Assembly (NCBI GenBank): GCA_012026655.1
Contig: JAAILG010000398.1
Location: forward strand, 1-64,000
DNA length: 64,000 nt
Reading direction: 5' to 3'
Source: Hydrolagus affinis
Lineage: Eukaryota
Shown here: in pieces, positions 63,530 to 64,000 of the stretch
Position numbering within the stretch: the first letter of the stretch is position 1
Layout: the number at the start of each line of letters is the position of its first letter
The notes under the pieces: generated by a model
Database searches by the model: none
What the model saw: only the letters and a program-made list of their open reading frames with translations
What the model was told of the DNA's origin: nothing
Program-made: the position numbers and the translations under genes

Positions 63530-63965
63530 ACTAATAATAATCCCTGCATTTGATATAGCACCTTATCATGTCTTCAAGACATCTCAAAGGGCTTCACAGA
63601 ATATACTGACCTGACTGTTCAGCATCTTGGAACATCCCCCCGACGTGAAAGGTGTTCTATAAATGTAATTTTTTATAGTTGTTGTAAAGTGAATTGACTG
63701 TATATTTTGGAGCAAAATGCAGCAGCCAAATATGCACAGCAGTGTCCCACAAACAGTCGTGGATTGACTGATCAATTTTTTTAAAGAAATTATTACCGCT
63801 GGAAAAGTGATCCGCCAATTAACTAACAACTGGATTCGTACTTACTGCTCGGTAAACAGAGGCGTGTGGAGCAAGGAAACTAGCCCAGTGTTTCGCCCGA
63901 CTGGGAATCGAACCCATGTCTCTCGCTCGTGAGGCGAGTGTCTCTAACCACTGAGCTACAGGAAT
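63530..63965 (-). mobile_element. Full-length long-form tRNA SINE containing a plus-strand L2 tail insertion (63609-63684)
   Basis: The SINE sequence gaatatactg|taaagtgaattgactg is split by a 76-bp insert ending cgacgtgaaaggtg..tataaatgtaa..gttgttg. The head has a B-box GGTTCGATTCC and anticodon loop CTCACGA. Confidence 0.92.
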
Positions 63966-64000
63966 CCACCAAATACCATGCTAGGTTTCAAAAAAGCAAG

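Noticed and set aside
1-64000. CRISPR array, operon, rRNA, snRNA or known miRNA
   Set aside because: Eukaryotic non-coding DNA with no regularly spaced repeat-spacer units. I recognised no RNA gene by eye; an Rfam/miRBase scan is needed to exclude them formally.

Overview
AT-rich, CpG-depleted vertebrate non-coding DNA (intergenic or deep intron). The repeat content fits a cartilaginous fish, plausibly a chimaera such as Callorhinchus; this comes from repeat-family recall, not a search. I recognise no host coding exon, RNA gene or CRISPR array. The protein-like ORFs I can assign are retroelement remnants: RTE (~1.5 kb), CR1 (~1.9-2.5 kb), L2 (~47.6-48.3 kb) and L1/Tx1 (~56.3-57.2 kb). The window is dominated by a tRNA-headed SINE family with an L2-type tail (about 28 copies or fragments including older Deu-domain SINEs, by manual count), many ultra-short L2 3' tails, CR1 ends, a pogo/Tigger-type MITE and two Penelope-like fragments with decayed hammerhead cores. 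The structures least explained by annotation are an 80-bp 79/80 inverted repeat (15412-16028), an 87-bp structured direct repeat (57556-58407), a Tx1 insertion with an 18-19 bp target-site duplication stacked on another L1-like 3' end, and recurrent 60-70 bp stem-loop-only L2 insertions. I cannot support a claim of a new biological system; these are leads. Boundaries of decayed repeats are approximate.
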